This document shows positions 17,807 to 26,937 of a DNA stretch of 32,000 bases, in pieces. Made by a program: the position numbers and the translations under genes. The DNA is from Corynebacterium glutamicum ATCC 13032. Lineage in GTDB: Bacteria; Actinomycetota; Actinomycetes; Mycobacteriales; Mycobacteriaceae. Numbering within the stretch: the first letter of the stretch is position 1; each line of letters begins with the position of its first letter. Below the pieces are notes generated by a model. It ran no database searches. It was not told the origin of the DNA and saw only the letters and a list, made by a program, of their open reading frames with translations. Location of the stretch: the NCBI RefSeq assembly GCF_000011325.1, contig NC_003450.3:1800001-1832000 (forward strand). The letters run 5' to 3'.

Positions 17807-18222
17807 GAAAACAACGACGCATGATGATGGCTGTAGGGTGTGCCGGAATCTTGAGTACCCTCGCTGTCGGCCTCACGGCGTGTAGCAATGACGCTGCGCT
17901 ATCCGATTTCTTCGAGTCGGCATCGCTTCGAGATCATCTCGCTGCGCACACACCAGGTGAATCGTCTCGTGATACCGCAACTGTGAGTGTGTCTCTACAT
18001 GAGTTCTACAGCGTGCAATGGACTGACTTCGCCATTGTATGCCCAGGAATCTCGCGTGATGACATTACTGCAGCTCTTGATAGTACCGTTGTTGGTGATA
18101 ATTATGATGATATTCCCGCAACAGGTTTACCCGACACAGCAAGCGCACTCGTGACCAACACCCATCCAGGAGCGTACCGGCCAGACCCGCCTCTAATGCA
18201 GAGCTCACCGCTAGACAAGTAG
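17803..18222 (+). CDS. lipoprotein (139 aa), paralog of 15673..16131
   Basis: Lipobox LTAC. Block FYSVQWTDFAIVCPGISRDDI. Translationally coupled to the upstream gene. Confidence 0.8.
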   Translation: MRKQRRMMMAVGCAGILSTLAVGLTACSNDAALSDFFESASLRDHLAAHTPGESSRDTATVSVSLHEFYSVQWTDFAIVCPGISRDDITAALDSTVVGDNYDDIPATGLPDTASALVTNTHPGAYRPDPPLMQSSPLDK

Positions 18223-18471
18223 TGCACTTTAAGCTTGCCGCGCCAACCGCCCCGTCATTCGCCCCACCAACTCTGTTCCCAATCGTAAGCAGGGATTGAT
18301 GAGACAAGACAATGCCAAAACAGAGTAAAACGATATCATTCCTATAACAATTATGGGATTTTGTACAGTAAGTCACATTTCGTGAAAATATATGCAACAG
18401 TAGAAGTCAGGCGAGATCGTTCCGCAACTTGCCAACTCCACACACACCCATTTCACTGATTGGAATGTGAC

Positions 18472-18777
18472 ATGAGGAAACTAGCTTCGATTGGTATTGC
18501 AATAGCATTATCGCTTGCAATCACTCCTACTATTCAGGCGAATGAAATAATCACGCCTCAAGCCATGGATCGAATTGCAGTAAAGTGCAATGTCCACAAA
18601 ATTTGGTCGGTTCCAAGCTTGAACAACTATGACGGTTGGGTCGTAGTTGGTCATGCCTATTCTAAGGTTGAGGCTGAAAAAAGGGCCAATACTTTCGTCC
18701 CATTTGGTCATACTAAACGTCATTGCCTTCCGGTACCTATTGACCGCTTTCCGTTTGAAGGACTTAACCGAAGTTAA
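18472..18777 (+). CDS. small secreted protein (about 101 aa)
   Basis: Signal peptide MRKLASIGIAIALSLAITPTIQA. Weak RBS. Confidence 0.55.
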   Translation: MRKLASIGIAIALSLAITPTIQANEIITPQAMDRIAVKCNVHKIWSVPSLNNYDGWVVVGHAYSKVEAEKRANTFVPFGHTKRHCLPVPIDRFPFEGLNRS

Positions 18778-18797
18778 GGTGCTAGGCGAATCAACTC

Positions 18798-19169
18798 ATG
18801 CGAAAAACTTATGTCTTTCTAACTCAATTTATTGTAGAAAAAGGCAATGAAAGTAACGCCTACAACAGATATCGCGAACGAGTGCAGAATCTATTGGCTC
18901 TGGACGGTGTTGATGTAATTTCAGTTTCTAAAAACCTTCAGCAGGCTGAAAAAGCTTATGGATGGGAGTCGCTTTCCGACCAATATCAAATGGAGCACGA
19001 CGGTAAATATCCAGAAAACCATATTCTGTGCGATGTTTACACTGTGGTCGTTCTAAATGACATAGAGAAATTTGAAGAAGCTGCTGAACTCTTGATCATG
19101 GATGACCGAGACGTGAGTGTTGATGCTTTCCCCAGTCGCGTCGACGCTTTCGAACAGGTGCTGTTTTAG
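18798..19169 (+). CDS. hypothetical protein (123 aa)
   Basis: ORF with AT-richer codon usage that matches its neighbours. No family recognised. Confidence 0.55.
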   Translation: MRKTYVFLTQFIVEKGNESNAYNRYRERVQNLLALDGVDVISVSKNLQQAEKAYGWESLSDQYQMEHDGKYPENHILCDVYTVVVLNDIEKFEEAAELLIMDDRDVSVDAFPSRVDAFEQVLF

Positions 19170-19635
19170 AAGGGAAATAGACAGCATCAACGCTTCGCGG
19201 GTAAGCCAGCAGAGCAAGATTCATGGGCATGAGTCGTAAGACAGACCGTGACGGCACCGCATAGCCACTGTACAGTTGCTGTTAACTAGGACTATCTCTT
19301 TTCCTGCCCTGAATGGCGAGCAGAAGATCGTTGCGTAACCCATCAGAATTTTCTGCAACCAAAGACCGCACTTTGTATCAGCAAAGTGCGGTTAATACCA
19401 ATTCCCGGAAAGTAGAACATGGGGAGATTTAATGAGGAAGCAGTACCGAACATGCATGAAAGAGAGACAGGCAAATAGCCGACCAGAGCGTATAAAGGTA
19501 CCATACACACCCTGTCAACCGATGACATAGTCATTCCACCCGAATGAGTAGTCACACAACCAAGACAAATCACAACTGTATTACCCCACCGGATGGTGTA
19601 AAAAGCACGGAAGACTTGATTTAAAGGGTCCACTA

Positions 19636-19695
19636 CCGATTAAGGCGATTGGGTACCGGAATTCCAGAAAGTCGGTACCCAATCACCTTAATCGG
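19636..19695. repeat. long inverted repeat (23-nt arms, 22/23 match, 14-nt spacer)
   Basis: CCGATTAAGGCGATTGGGTACCG ... CGGTACCCAATCACCTTAATCGG, followed by TTTCTT on the + strand. Confidence 0.85.
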
Positions 19696-19744
19696 TTTCT
19701 TACTTACTCTGGAAAACAACTCCCTAGGAAGCTGTTACAAACAG

Positions 19745-19954
19745 TCACTCATCAAATCCTGAATCAGTCGCAGTACCTTCTGTGGATTGATCACTGTCAG
19801 CGATGGATACTTTCTGCCGACGTTTCTCCATCAGTTTTTTAGAACCTCCGACCAGCCCTACACCTGCTAACAGCACCAAAGATGCTCCTACAGAGCCCTG
19901 AACCCTGCCCTTGTGCAGTCCTTTATTAAAACCATGTCCCCACTGCGCACTCAT
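19745..19954 (-). CDS. small membrane protein (69 aa)
   Basis: GGAG lies 6 nt upstream of the ATG on the minus strand. One TM segment (ASLVLLAGVGLVGG). Downstream of the KAP gene on the same strand. Confidence 0.5.
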   Translation of the reverse strand: MSAQWGHGFNKGLHKGRVQGSVGASLVLLAGVGLVGGSKKLMEKRRQKVSIADSDQSTEGTATDSGFDE

Positions 19955-20177
19955 ATGTACTCCAAACTATTGACATCTACGGTAGATACGAGTCTAGTGC
20001 GATCTCGATGCAGTGCTTACCCGCACCACCAGCAGAGGTAGCGACAGTTGAAGGACACCTTTAGTACGATTACCGGATCCTCTATCATTTAATGCAGTCG
20101 CCGCTGATGGTGAAATTTATTCACCTGACTCCTTACACGCTATGCCAGAATTAATTGAAGTCATGACCTCAGCCTCA

Positions 20178-22391
20178 TCAATCGACTATAGAATCTGCGA
20201 TACTGTAGCCCCCTAATCGTTCTCGAGTGAAATCACTTCTTCCAGTCTCCAGTGCATATGCGACAACTTTTCGCTTCCCTTCCCAGCTAAAATCCGTGAA
20301 CTGTATCTTACCTAGTTCTACATCTACTTCAGACTTGGTTATAGCCCGTAGAGAATCAGGTACGTACCGTGAAAACAGACTATGCTGAAAAGAATCTATC
20401 CATGCACCACCGCTTGGTCCCTGTCGCGAAGAATACACAGTCGTTAAGAAAAGCACTCCAATATCTATCACATCAAACTGATGTTCCTCTATACCACTTT
20501 GCAGAGACTTCAGCACTGAAGAAAAATTCGAGCTTTTCGCCAAAATACCAAGCGAATATGGACCTAAATCCCAATCTGAGGGGTCCTGATTCTTCAATAC
20601 ACTTAAAATTCTAGCTTCGGTCTTTATATTAACTTTACGAAAAAGCTCAAGGCCACTTACATCATTACCACAGGCTCTAGCCCTTTCCCCCACCTGGTTT
20701 AACCAGAAAGCAGCCTCATTAAGCGTCATCTCAGAAAAGAATTTCTCATAGAGTTGTTCCACTGGTAATTGAGGCAATGCACCAAGAATCGAGCACGCAT
20801 GGGAATACAGGTCACTGAATATGCCGCTCATACGCACTTGACGACCTTTATCATGCATACCATTAGCAGCGGTGAATAACACCTCAACTGCCATGTGCCT
20901 AACACCCTCTCCATCAAGTCGATCAATTGCTAGAGGAAGCTTTTTCATCACTGATGCCACCATGTCATTGTCATCGGAGTTAATTAAATCGACGAAACCC
21001 ATAGCATCGTCCGCATTAGATAGATACTTATCCAACTGTTCATCACTTATGACATGTCCAGGTCTTTGAAACATGAGGTACGTGTCAAAATAAACTTCCG
21101 TCGAGATCCCCCTCTCACGATGCATTCTCGTACTAGGGTGATCCGAAAGACGTGGGAAAAGGAACAAAAGCATGGTCTTTAAAAGATCCATCTGCTCGTT
21201 GTTCATCCCCTCACATAATTGCTTTTCCCAACCGGGTTTCTGCGAGCCTGTCGTTCGACCTCCTTGAAGCAATACTTCCTTCGCTCGAGAAAGACGTTTA
21301 TACACAGACGGAAAAACAATTCGAATGGTCGCAAGTATTGTGAGATCAACGCCGTTAACTTCACCTGATCCATATATCCGAGTCCAGTTGGTTAGTAGAG
21401 CAGCAAAACGGTGCAACAGCCTCGGCGTGACCAGAGTCTTTTCCCAGACATCGAACATTCTCGACTTCACTAGTGCAAAGTCTTCAGGATCACCCGATAG
21501 CGAAACACCCTGGAAAAGCTTGTCAAATAATGCACTGAGCTCTTTCTCTATTTGAAATGATGTCAGAGGCGGAACATCGAAAGGATACTGCACGATTTTC
21601 TCCATGAAACGCAAAGCATCATCTTCGCTACCACCTACAGCTGTCGATCTGGCTAGCGTCGTTAACAGTGATTCTTCTTCATAAACCAAAAGATAATTCA
21701 CCTGCGGGAATCGTCCAAGCAAGCGTATTACTTTCATTAACAGCGCCAATTCATCAGTATGGAGGCGATCAATATCATCGACGACAATGAGAATTCGCTT
21801 GTTCAGATCTTTAAAATGGTTCGCAGCACGTGTATACAGCGTTGGCCACGAATCTTGCTCCTGTTTCCATGTCTTATATACAGCGTTTGCAGCATCTACT
21901 CCTTTTGAGAGCGCAAGTGCTTCTAGGACACCAAACCCTCCGACCCCACCTGCAATTGACCCAATCGTGCTAAAGGTTTTCTGCAGAACAGTTTTGATCT
22001 TTTGGCCGGTCTTATCATCAGGTACCGTCCCAACGATTACTCGGTAAAACTCCTCAATCAAAGATTGCGGGTCAGAGGCCACCCACGGGTTGAAATCAAC
22101 GATTGTCCATTTTTCGTTCGATAGAGATTCTTCCGAGCGAATCAAATTAACAAGAGATGTCTTACCACTGCCCCACTGACCAGTAAGACTGAAAACAGTG
22201 CTCGCTCCCCAAGGTGCCACATCGCAGATTATATTTGCCAGCTGGGCTGAATACGCAGAACGCTCGAAACGATCCTCAGAGATCTTAGTAATAGGCAAGT
22301 CTCGACCAGATACTGAATCTCCATCAGTTTTTACCGTGTTGTTTTTTGCCGCATCTGAAAATGGGGTAAACAGTCCGCTCATTTCTAGCAC
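20178..22391 (-). CDS. KAP-family P-loop NTPase
   Basis: Walker A is LTGQWGSGKTS and Walker B is ILIVVDDIDRL, in the KAP-typical context. A Gly-rich hydrophobic segment (TIGSIAGGVGGFGVLEALAL) lies between them. Start is either GTG 22391 or ATG 22382. Confidence 0.88.
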   Translation of the reverse strand: MLEMSGLFTPFSDAAKNNTVKTDGDSVSGRDLPITKISEDRFERSAYSAQLANIICDVAPWGASTVFSLTGQWGSGKTSLVNLIRSEESLSNEKWTIVDFNPWVASDPQSLIEEFYRVIVGTVPDDKTGQKIKTVLQKTFSTIGSIAGGVGGFGVLEALALSKGVDAANAVYKTWKQEQDSWPTLYTRAANHFKDLNKRILIVVDDIDRLHTDELALLMKVIRLLGRFPQVNYLLVYEEESLLTTLARSTAVGGSEDDALRFMEKIVQYPFDVPPLTSFQIEKELSALFDKLFQGVSLSGDPEDFALVKSRMFDVWEKTLVTPRLLHRFAALLTNWTRIYGSGEVNGVDLTILATIRIVFPSVYKRLSRAKEVLLQGGRTTGSQKPGWEKQLCEGMNNEQMDLLKTMLLFLFPRLSDHPSTRMHRERGISTEVYFDTYLMFQRPGHVISDEQLDKYLSNADDAMGFVDLINSDDNDMVASVMKKLPLAIDRLDGEGVRHMAVEVLFTAANGMHDKGRQVRMSGIFSDLYSHACSILGALPQLPVEQLYEKFFSEMTLNEAAFWLNQVGERARACGNDVSGLELFRKVNIKTEARILSVLKNQDPSDWDLGPYSLGILAKSSNFSSVLKSLQSGIEEHQFDVIDIGVLFLTTVYSSRQGPSGGAWIDSFQHSLFSRYVPDSLRAITKSEVDVELGKIQFTDFSWEGKRKVVAYALETGRSDFTRERLGGYSIADSIVD

Positions 22392-22627
22392 TGTACCGTG
22401 CTAAATCTTGGCACATGCAGCAATATCGGTGGGACACATCATCCATCGCTGTGTGCTAGAACCGCCGTATGTTAATAAGGCCTACTACGCCCCTGCAGAG
22501 ATTCTAGTTCTCCTTCTTAAAACGGATATACCATCCAACTCTTAAGTCGCCGTATACATCGACTTTTCGGCTTCATATGAGATGCTATTTACCTACTTTT
22601 CCAGTGGTGTGTCATAAGATCCGAAGC

Positions 22628-24325
22628 ATGACTGTTTTCCATGATTTTGAAATAGTAGTTACCCCAAATCCTGATGCCCCAGAAGCTTTGCAAAAAATAG
22701 GAGAACAATACTGGATAATCTCGGAGATTAACCCAGATCTGAAAACTGTTCAATGGGCGCAGAATGTCTCAGATATTGACCATCAACCCTGGTCATCTTC
22801 CGCCTACCTCGCTGCTGCAGCAGCAGTGGATGCTACAGTCCCTACCGCACATTGTAGTGCATGTGATTCTATCTTGACGTTAACGTCTCGTGCCGCAGTG
22901 AGCGAGGTACTACGAGAGCGACCTATAAAGTGCAAAAAGTGTACCCCCAAGATTGATGAACACATCAAAAAAATATTAGACCCAGCAGCCCAGGCGAGAC
23001 AAAAAGAACGCGCTGCGCGAAAACGGGAAGAAGACTGCAAAAGGGCGCAACAGCGGCTTGCAGATCAGAAGGCGCGAGAGGCGCGACAGCTGCTAGATAT
23101 TGAACGTCAGCAGGTGATTGCAGATCGCTATGGGCCGTTGGTGAATATGCATAGCGACGCTGTGCTAGCGGGTGCTTCAATAAGAGCAAAAATAGGTGCT
23201 CTCGCAACTATTTACGGTGCTCAAAACTTAGAGAATGTCATTCACTCAGTTAGTTTTACTGACAGACGTATTTCTCCCGATGGACAACTGTCGAAAGAAT
23301 TATTTCGCGAAGCTTGGAGCGCAAACCTTCTTATCCCTGATCCATCTTCTGATGTGGAAGCGTTTGCGTGGAGCGAAAAGAATTCCACTGAGCTAGCGGG
23401 AGGCATATTCGTTGAGAAAATGCTATTTACTGTCCCGGACACAGGCCGCTCCAATAACCGTGTCCAGAGCTTCTCAGAAGAACTTCGTAACCACATTTCT
23501 TTGAAAGATATGTATTCTACACAACGTGAAGAGCTATTAGACCTTGCCTACGAGCTCATGGTGGGGGAAGCAGTACGTTTTGCTAACTTCCGCCTTTATG
23601 ATCAGAATCTCCCACCACTTACTGAAGCAAATATAGACAAATTGAGAGCCCATCTACGTGAGGCCGCAGCTAGTGCGTCACTAGGAGTGTTATATCTAAT
23701 GGTGTGGCGATCTGTAAAAGACGCAGCTGCAGCGCACACTAAACATACAAGAATGAGCAAAGAAAATGCGACAACGCATAGTGTTACAAAAGTTTCTATC
23801 TTTGTTGACCAATTATTAAGCGGAACATTCCCTTGTTCAAAGCCTTTTCACGAATCTTCACAAGTCCCACTGAGTGAAGCCACCAAGATAGTTTTTAATT
23901 TGATTATGGAGTCACCGCCGATGGAAACTGAGCCGAGTGTGCTGCGAAATTCCCTCCAAGAACACTCGGATTGGGAGCTATTGCAACAGTGTGATGAGAA
24001 GATTCCTGATCGGGAGTTTCTGATGGAGTGGTTATATCAAGAACAGACGTGGACTGCAGAGCAATTTTTTGATGCTCTAGCTATGGTTTCTTCTAGCGAG
24101 TTTCGTATATGTGCACCTGGATGTGCGCATCAAGTAAGTGCAGACATCGCTACACAAGTCTTAGAATTCCACGATCGAGTGTCTTTCCATGACGATCGTA
24201 AAAGCGCCATGCTTGCTGCTGAAGCAACTATTATTGGTAACAAAATTGGTTCACAAGCACGGGCCGGAGACTTTGTTTTAGGTGAAGTAATCACCAAGCT
24301 GCAGAACATACCTGGTGAGGTATAA
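22628..24325 (+). CDS. hypothetical 565-aa protein with CxxC...CxxC zinc ribbon and highly charged coiled coil
   Basis: CSACDS...CKKC, then AQARQKERAARKREEDCKRAQQRLADQKAREARQLLDIERQQ. The rest is unrecognised. Divergent from the KAP gene. Confidence 0.75.
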   Translation: MTVFHDFEIVVTPNPDAPEALQKIGEQYWIISEINPDLKTVQWAQNVSDIDHQPWSSSAYLAAAAAVDATVPTAHCSACDSILTLTSRAAVSEVLRERPIKCKKCTPKIDEHIKKILDPAAQARQKERAARKREEDCKRAQQRLADQKAREARQLLDIERQQVIADRYGPLVNMHSDAVLAGASIRAKIGALATIYGAQNLENVIHSVSFTDRRISPDGQLSKELFREAWSANLLIPDPSSDVEAFAWSEKNSTELAGGIFVEKMLFTVPDTGRSNNRVQSFSEELRNHISLKDMYSTQREELLDLAYELMVGEAVRFANFRLYDQNLPPLTEANIDKLRAHLREAAASASLGVLYLMVWRSVKDAAAAHTKHTRMSKENATTHSVTKVSIFVDQLLSGTFPCSKPFHESSQVPLSEATKIVFNLIMESPPMETEPSVLRNSLQEHSDWELLQQCDEKIPDREFLMEWLYQEQTWTAEQFFDALAMVSSSEFRICAPGCAHQVSADIATQVLEFHDRVSFHDDRKSAMLAAEATIIGNKIGSQARAGDFVLGEVITKLQNIPGEV

Positions 24326-24370
24326 CTTCTGCGTCGTCCAATTAGTCTATGACTATTTTTCTCGACGCTG

Positions 24371-24592
24371 ATGGAGAAGTCGTGGATTTTCGCCCGTAAC
24401 CACCAAGAACTCGCCGAGGTACTCCTCGAACATCTCGACATCACCCATGACAGCGATCTCGTGCGCCTCGCAGCAGCGTGTCTCGACTGTGAGGTCGATG
24501 CCGTCATGTGGGTAGAAGACAAAGACAATGAACCACCACTCAACAGTTTTTTCACACTCAGTGCAGTGACACTACTCAACATCTATCTATAG
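24371..24592 (+). CDS. small hypothetical acidic protein (73 aa)
   Basis: Codon style matches the 0-18 kb backbone. No clear RBS. Confidence 0.4.
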   Translation: MEKSWIFARNHQELAEVLLEHLDITHDSDLVRLAAACLDCEVDAVMWVEDKDNEPPLNSFFTLSAVTLLNIYL

Positions 24593-24956
24593 AAAAGCCA
24601 TCAACGCCCCTCACAGAAAAAGTGATGAGGTGTTGATGGCGTTGACAGAGTTGCCGCACATCCACAGGCGAGCGCAAACAACACACCTGCGACATCCGTG
24701 TGAATTTCTACCCGTCAATGACCACAAGGTGAACCCGTGGCTTACTCAAGTGAAGTGCCCCAGGTTTTGTTCCGTTTGAGTAGATGGGAAAATCTGAGGC
24801 ACTTCATACCGGCACACTTGATCTCTGTGCACATAGCGATACTGATGTTCAGTTCCGGCCACTCAACACAGCGCTGACATTCCACTACAATGCAGACTCT
24901 GCAGTATGGGAACTCGCGCCATTTGACTAACACATCCACAAAAAATAACCCTCGTA

Positions 24957-25002
24957 GTAGCTTAAACAAGCTGCTGCGGGGGTTATTTTTTTACTTTTAC
25001 AT
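24957..25002 (+). terminator. intrinsic terminator
   Basis: 15-bp stem, 24957-24971 paired with 24980-24994. It includes three G:U pairs that only work on the + strand RNA. T-run follows. Confidence 0.75.
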
Positions 25003-25174
25003 GCAAACCCATACAGTGACTCCTGCCGGCAACAAGCCCCATAAATCGACGTGATAAGCCGGTGCGACTTCCTCCGGGAGATTCCTGCGAACTCACTTTT
25101 TCGACCATGATCTCCCATCTTTTGATATCCTCTCCACCCTAAAGAGTGGAGATTCCGGCTCAAAGAGCGGTGGT

Positions 25175-25606
25175 TCAAGCTGCCTCTGAATTACGCTCCA
25201 CGAAACCCTCAAGCCCCGGAGCTACCCACCCTACGGGGAGTGACCACAAGTGAGACAGATCAGGTCTAAATGATGTGCGCTCCTCTTCGAGCACAAGTGC
25301 AGCAAAGTCTTCTTCGAGTGTTGCACTCATGAGAGATTGACCTGGAAAAACAAAAGAAATTTCACCAGGCGTGGAAAGAGCCGTCACAAACACCAGATGG
25401 ACCAATTGCCCTTTATATATTTCTTCACGAGCAACATCAGCCTTGTTAATATCTTCCCATTCAAGAAAATGGTTCTTCAGCTTCCTACCCTTCAGAAGCT
25501 TTTCAATATAATCACGTCCATCTGAGCCATCTAATAAACCTACGCAGCATTCATAGCTTGAATGCTGCTCAGAAAGGAACAAGAGAATCAGTTTGTCGGA
25601 ATACAT
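25175..25606 (-). CDS. hypothetical protein (143 aa)
   Basis: AGGAGAA RBS lies 8 nt upstream on the minus strand. AT-richer codon usage. No family recognised. Confidence 0.6.
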   Translation of the reverse strand: MYSDKLILLFLSEQHSSYECCVGLLDGSDGRDYIEKLLKGRKLKNHFLEWEDINKADVAREEIYKGQLVHLVFVTALSTPGEISFVFPGQSLMSATLEEDFAALVLEEERTSFRPDLSHLWSLPVGWVAPGLEGFVERNSEAA

Positions 25607-25747
25607 GCCTCAATTCTCCTATCCTATTCCTTATTTAACTACGGCCTATCGTACAGGGAAGATAAGTCGCCTTATTGATATCGCAGCCCAATACGCGCCC
25701 CTGCTTCAGCGGGTCCGACCCCCGGATGGTGGACACGGAGGATTTGA

Positions 25748-26644
25748 TCAGGAAGCAGATCTCAGGATAGCAGGACCGCGCTCCTCAAACACGACCGGAG
25801 CCAGATATCTACACCAGGAATGCCGGCGAACCGTGTTGTAACGGGTACACCAGCGGAAGACGTCCCGGCGACAGCACAATTGATTTTCAAAGGTCTTGGA
25901 ATCCTGCAGGACTTCCCGCTTCATCGCGGCATTGAAAGACTCCGCCAAAGCGTTGTCAGCACTGGTGCCAATTGATCCCATCGACTGCCTGATCCCTAGT
26001 TTCTTACACGTCTCCTGAAACGCATGAGACGTGTAAACGCTGCCGTGGTCGGAGTGAAAAATCGCACCTTTGAGGTTTCCACGCTGGTCTTTAGCCATGA
26101 GCAGCGCGTCCTGGACCAAGCTCGTGCGCATGTGATCTGCGATAGAAAAGCCCACCAACCTGCGGGAGTAACAGTCAATGACCGTGGCCAGGTACATATT
26201 CGACCCATCCTGAATTGGCAGATAGGTGATATCCCCGACATAGAGCTGGTTCGGCTTGTCAGCGGTGAACTTCCGGCCGACAAGGTCAGGGAACACTGTC
26301 TTGGTTTTGTCCGGCACGGTGGTGGTGACCTTGCGTTTCTTTGTGTATCCGAACAGCTTCAACGATCGCATGATCCGGGCAACCCGCTTGTGGTTCGCAA
26401 GGTCATGGCCGATCTGGTCTTTGAGTTCAGCCGCGATTCGTTTGGCCCCATAACAGCCACTGTGAGTGGTGAATACAGTCTTGACCTGGACCCCAAGAAT
26501 AGCGTCGCTGAGCAGGCGTTTTTCACGCGTGAAGGCGGTGCTTTTCCATTTGTAATATGAGGAACGATTGAGCTTCAACACGTCACATATCCGCTTAACC
26601 GAGTAGGTCTTTCGAGCGTCATCAACGAATCGGAAGCGGATCAC
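25748..26644 (-). CDS. IS3-family transposase OrfB (DDE integrase core)
   Basis: DDE contexts are YVGDITYLP, FHSDHGSVYTS and DNALAESFNAAMKRE. Confidence 0.92.
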   Translation of the reverse strand: MIRFRFVDDARKTYSVKRICDVLKLNRSSYYKWKSTAFTREKRLLSDAILGVQVKTVFTTHSGCYGAKRIAAELKDQIGHDLANHKRVARIMRSLKLFGYTKKRKVTTTVPDKTKTVFPDLVGRKFTADKPNQLYVGDITYLPIQDGSNMYLATVIDCYSRRLVGFSIADHMRTSLVQDALLMAKDQRGNLKGAIFHSDHGSVYTSHAFQETCKKLGIRQSMGSIGTSADNALAESFNAAMKREVLQDSKTFENQLCCRRDVFRWCTRYNTVRRHSWCRYLAPVVFEERGPAILRSAS

Positions 26645-26937
26645 CAGTTCGTCTCTTCCGCGAAATATTTGGCCGCTTTCCGCAGGATGTCACGCTCTTC
26701 GCGGAGGAGTGCATTTTCCTTTTCAAGTTGGCGGATCCGTTCAGCTTCGGACAGCGCGGTGGCCGTGTTAGCGCCATGTGGAGTTGAGTTGGCCCCGTAT
26801 TTAGTAATCCAGTTTTTAAGGGTCATTCGGTTGATTCCGAGATCATTGGCGATCTTCTGGATCGAGGTGCCGGCGGAGTTCTCGTAGAGCGCGACAGCGT
26901 CGCGCTTGAACTCCTCTGTGTAGGTCTTGCGTGGCAT
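26641..26937 (-). CDS. IS3-family transposase OrfA (HTH + leucine zipper)
   Basis: IQKIANDLGINRMTLKNWI and LEKENALLREERDILRKAAKYFA. The stop overlaps the orfB GTG (GTGA). Confidence 0.92.
   Translation of the reverse strand: MPRKTYTEEFKRDAVALYENSAGTSIQKIANDLGINRMTLKNWITKYGANSTPHGANTATALSEAERIRQLEKENALLREERDILRKAAKYFAEETNW

Noticed and set aside
19343-19633. 96-aa minus-strand ORF with hydrophobic stretches
   Set aside because: It has a GTG start immediately abutting the long inverted repeat and no RBS. Its 3' end is encoded by a terminator-like hairpin (19357-19384). It is probably intergenic.
24742-25178. Minus-strand ORFs 24742..24969 and 24927..25178, and a 48-codon + strand ORF (ATG 24784 to TAA 24928-24930)
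   Set aside because: The minus-strand ORFs run through terminator 24957-25002 and are not protein-like. The + strand micro-ORF is correctly placed before that terminator but has only a weak RBS (GAG) and no other support. It is noted but not called.
26600-26700. Programmed -1 frameshift site between IS3 orfA and orfB
   Set aside because: I looked for an A6G/A7-type slippery heptamer in the overlap and found none. Only a GTGA stop/start overlap is present. Frameshifting can be neither asserted nor excluded from sequence alone.
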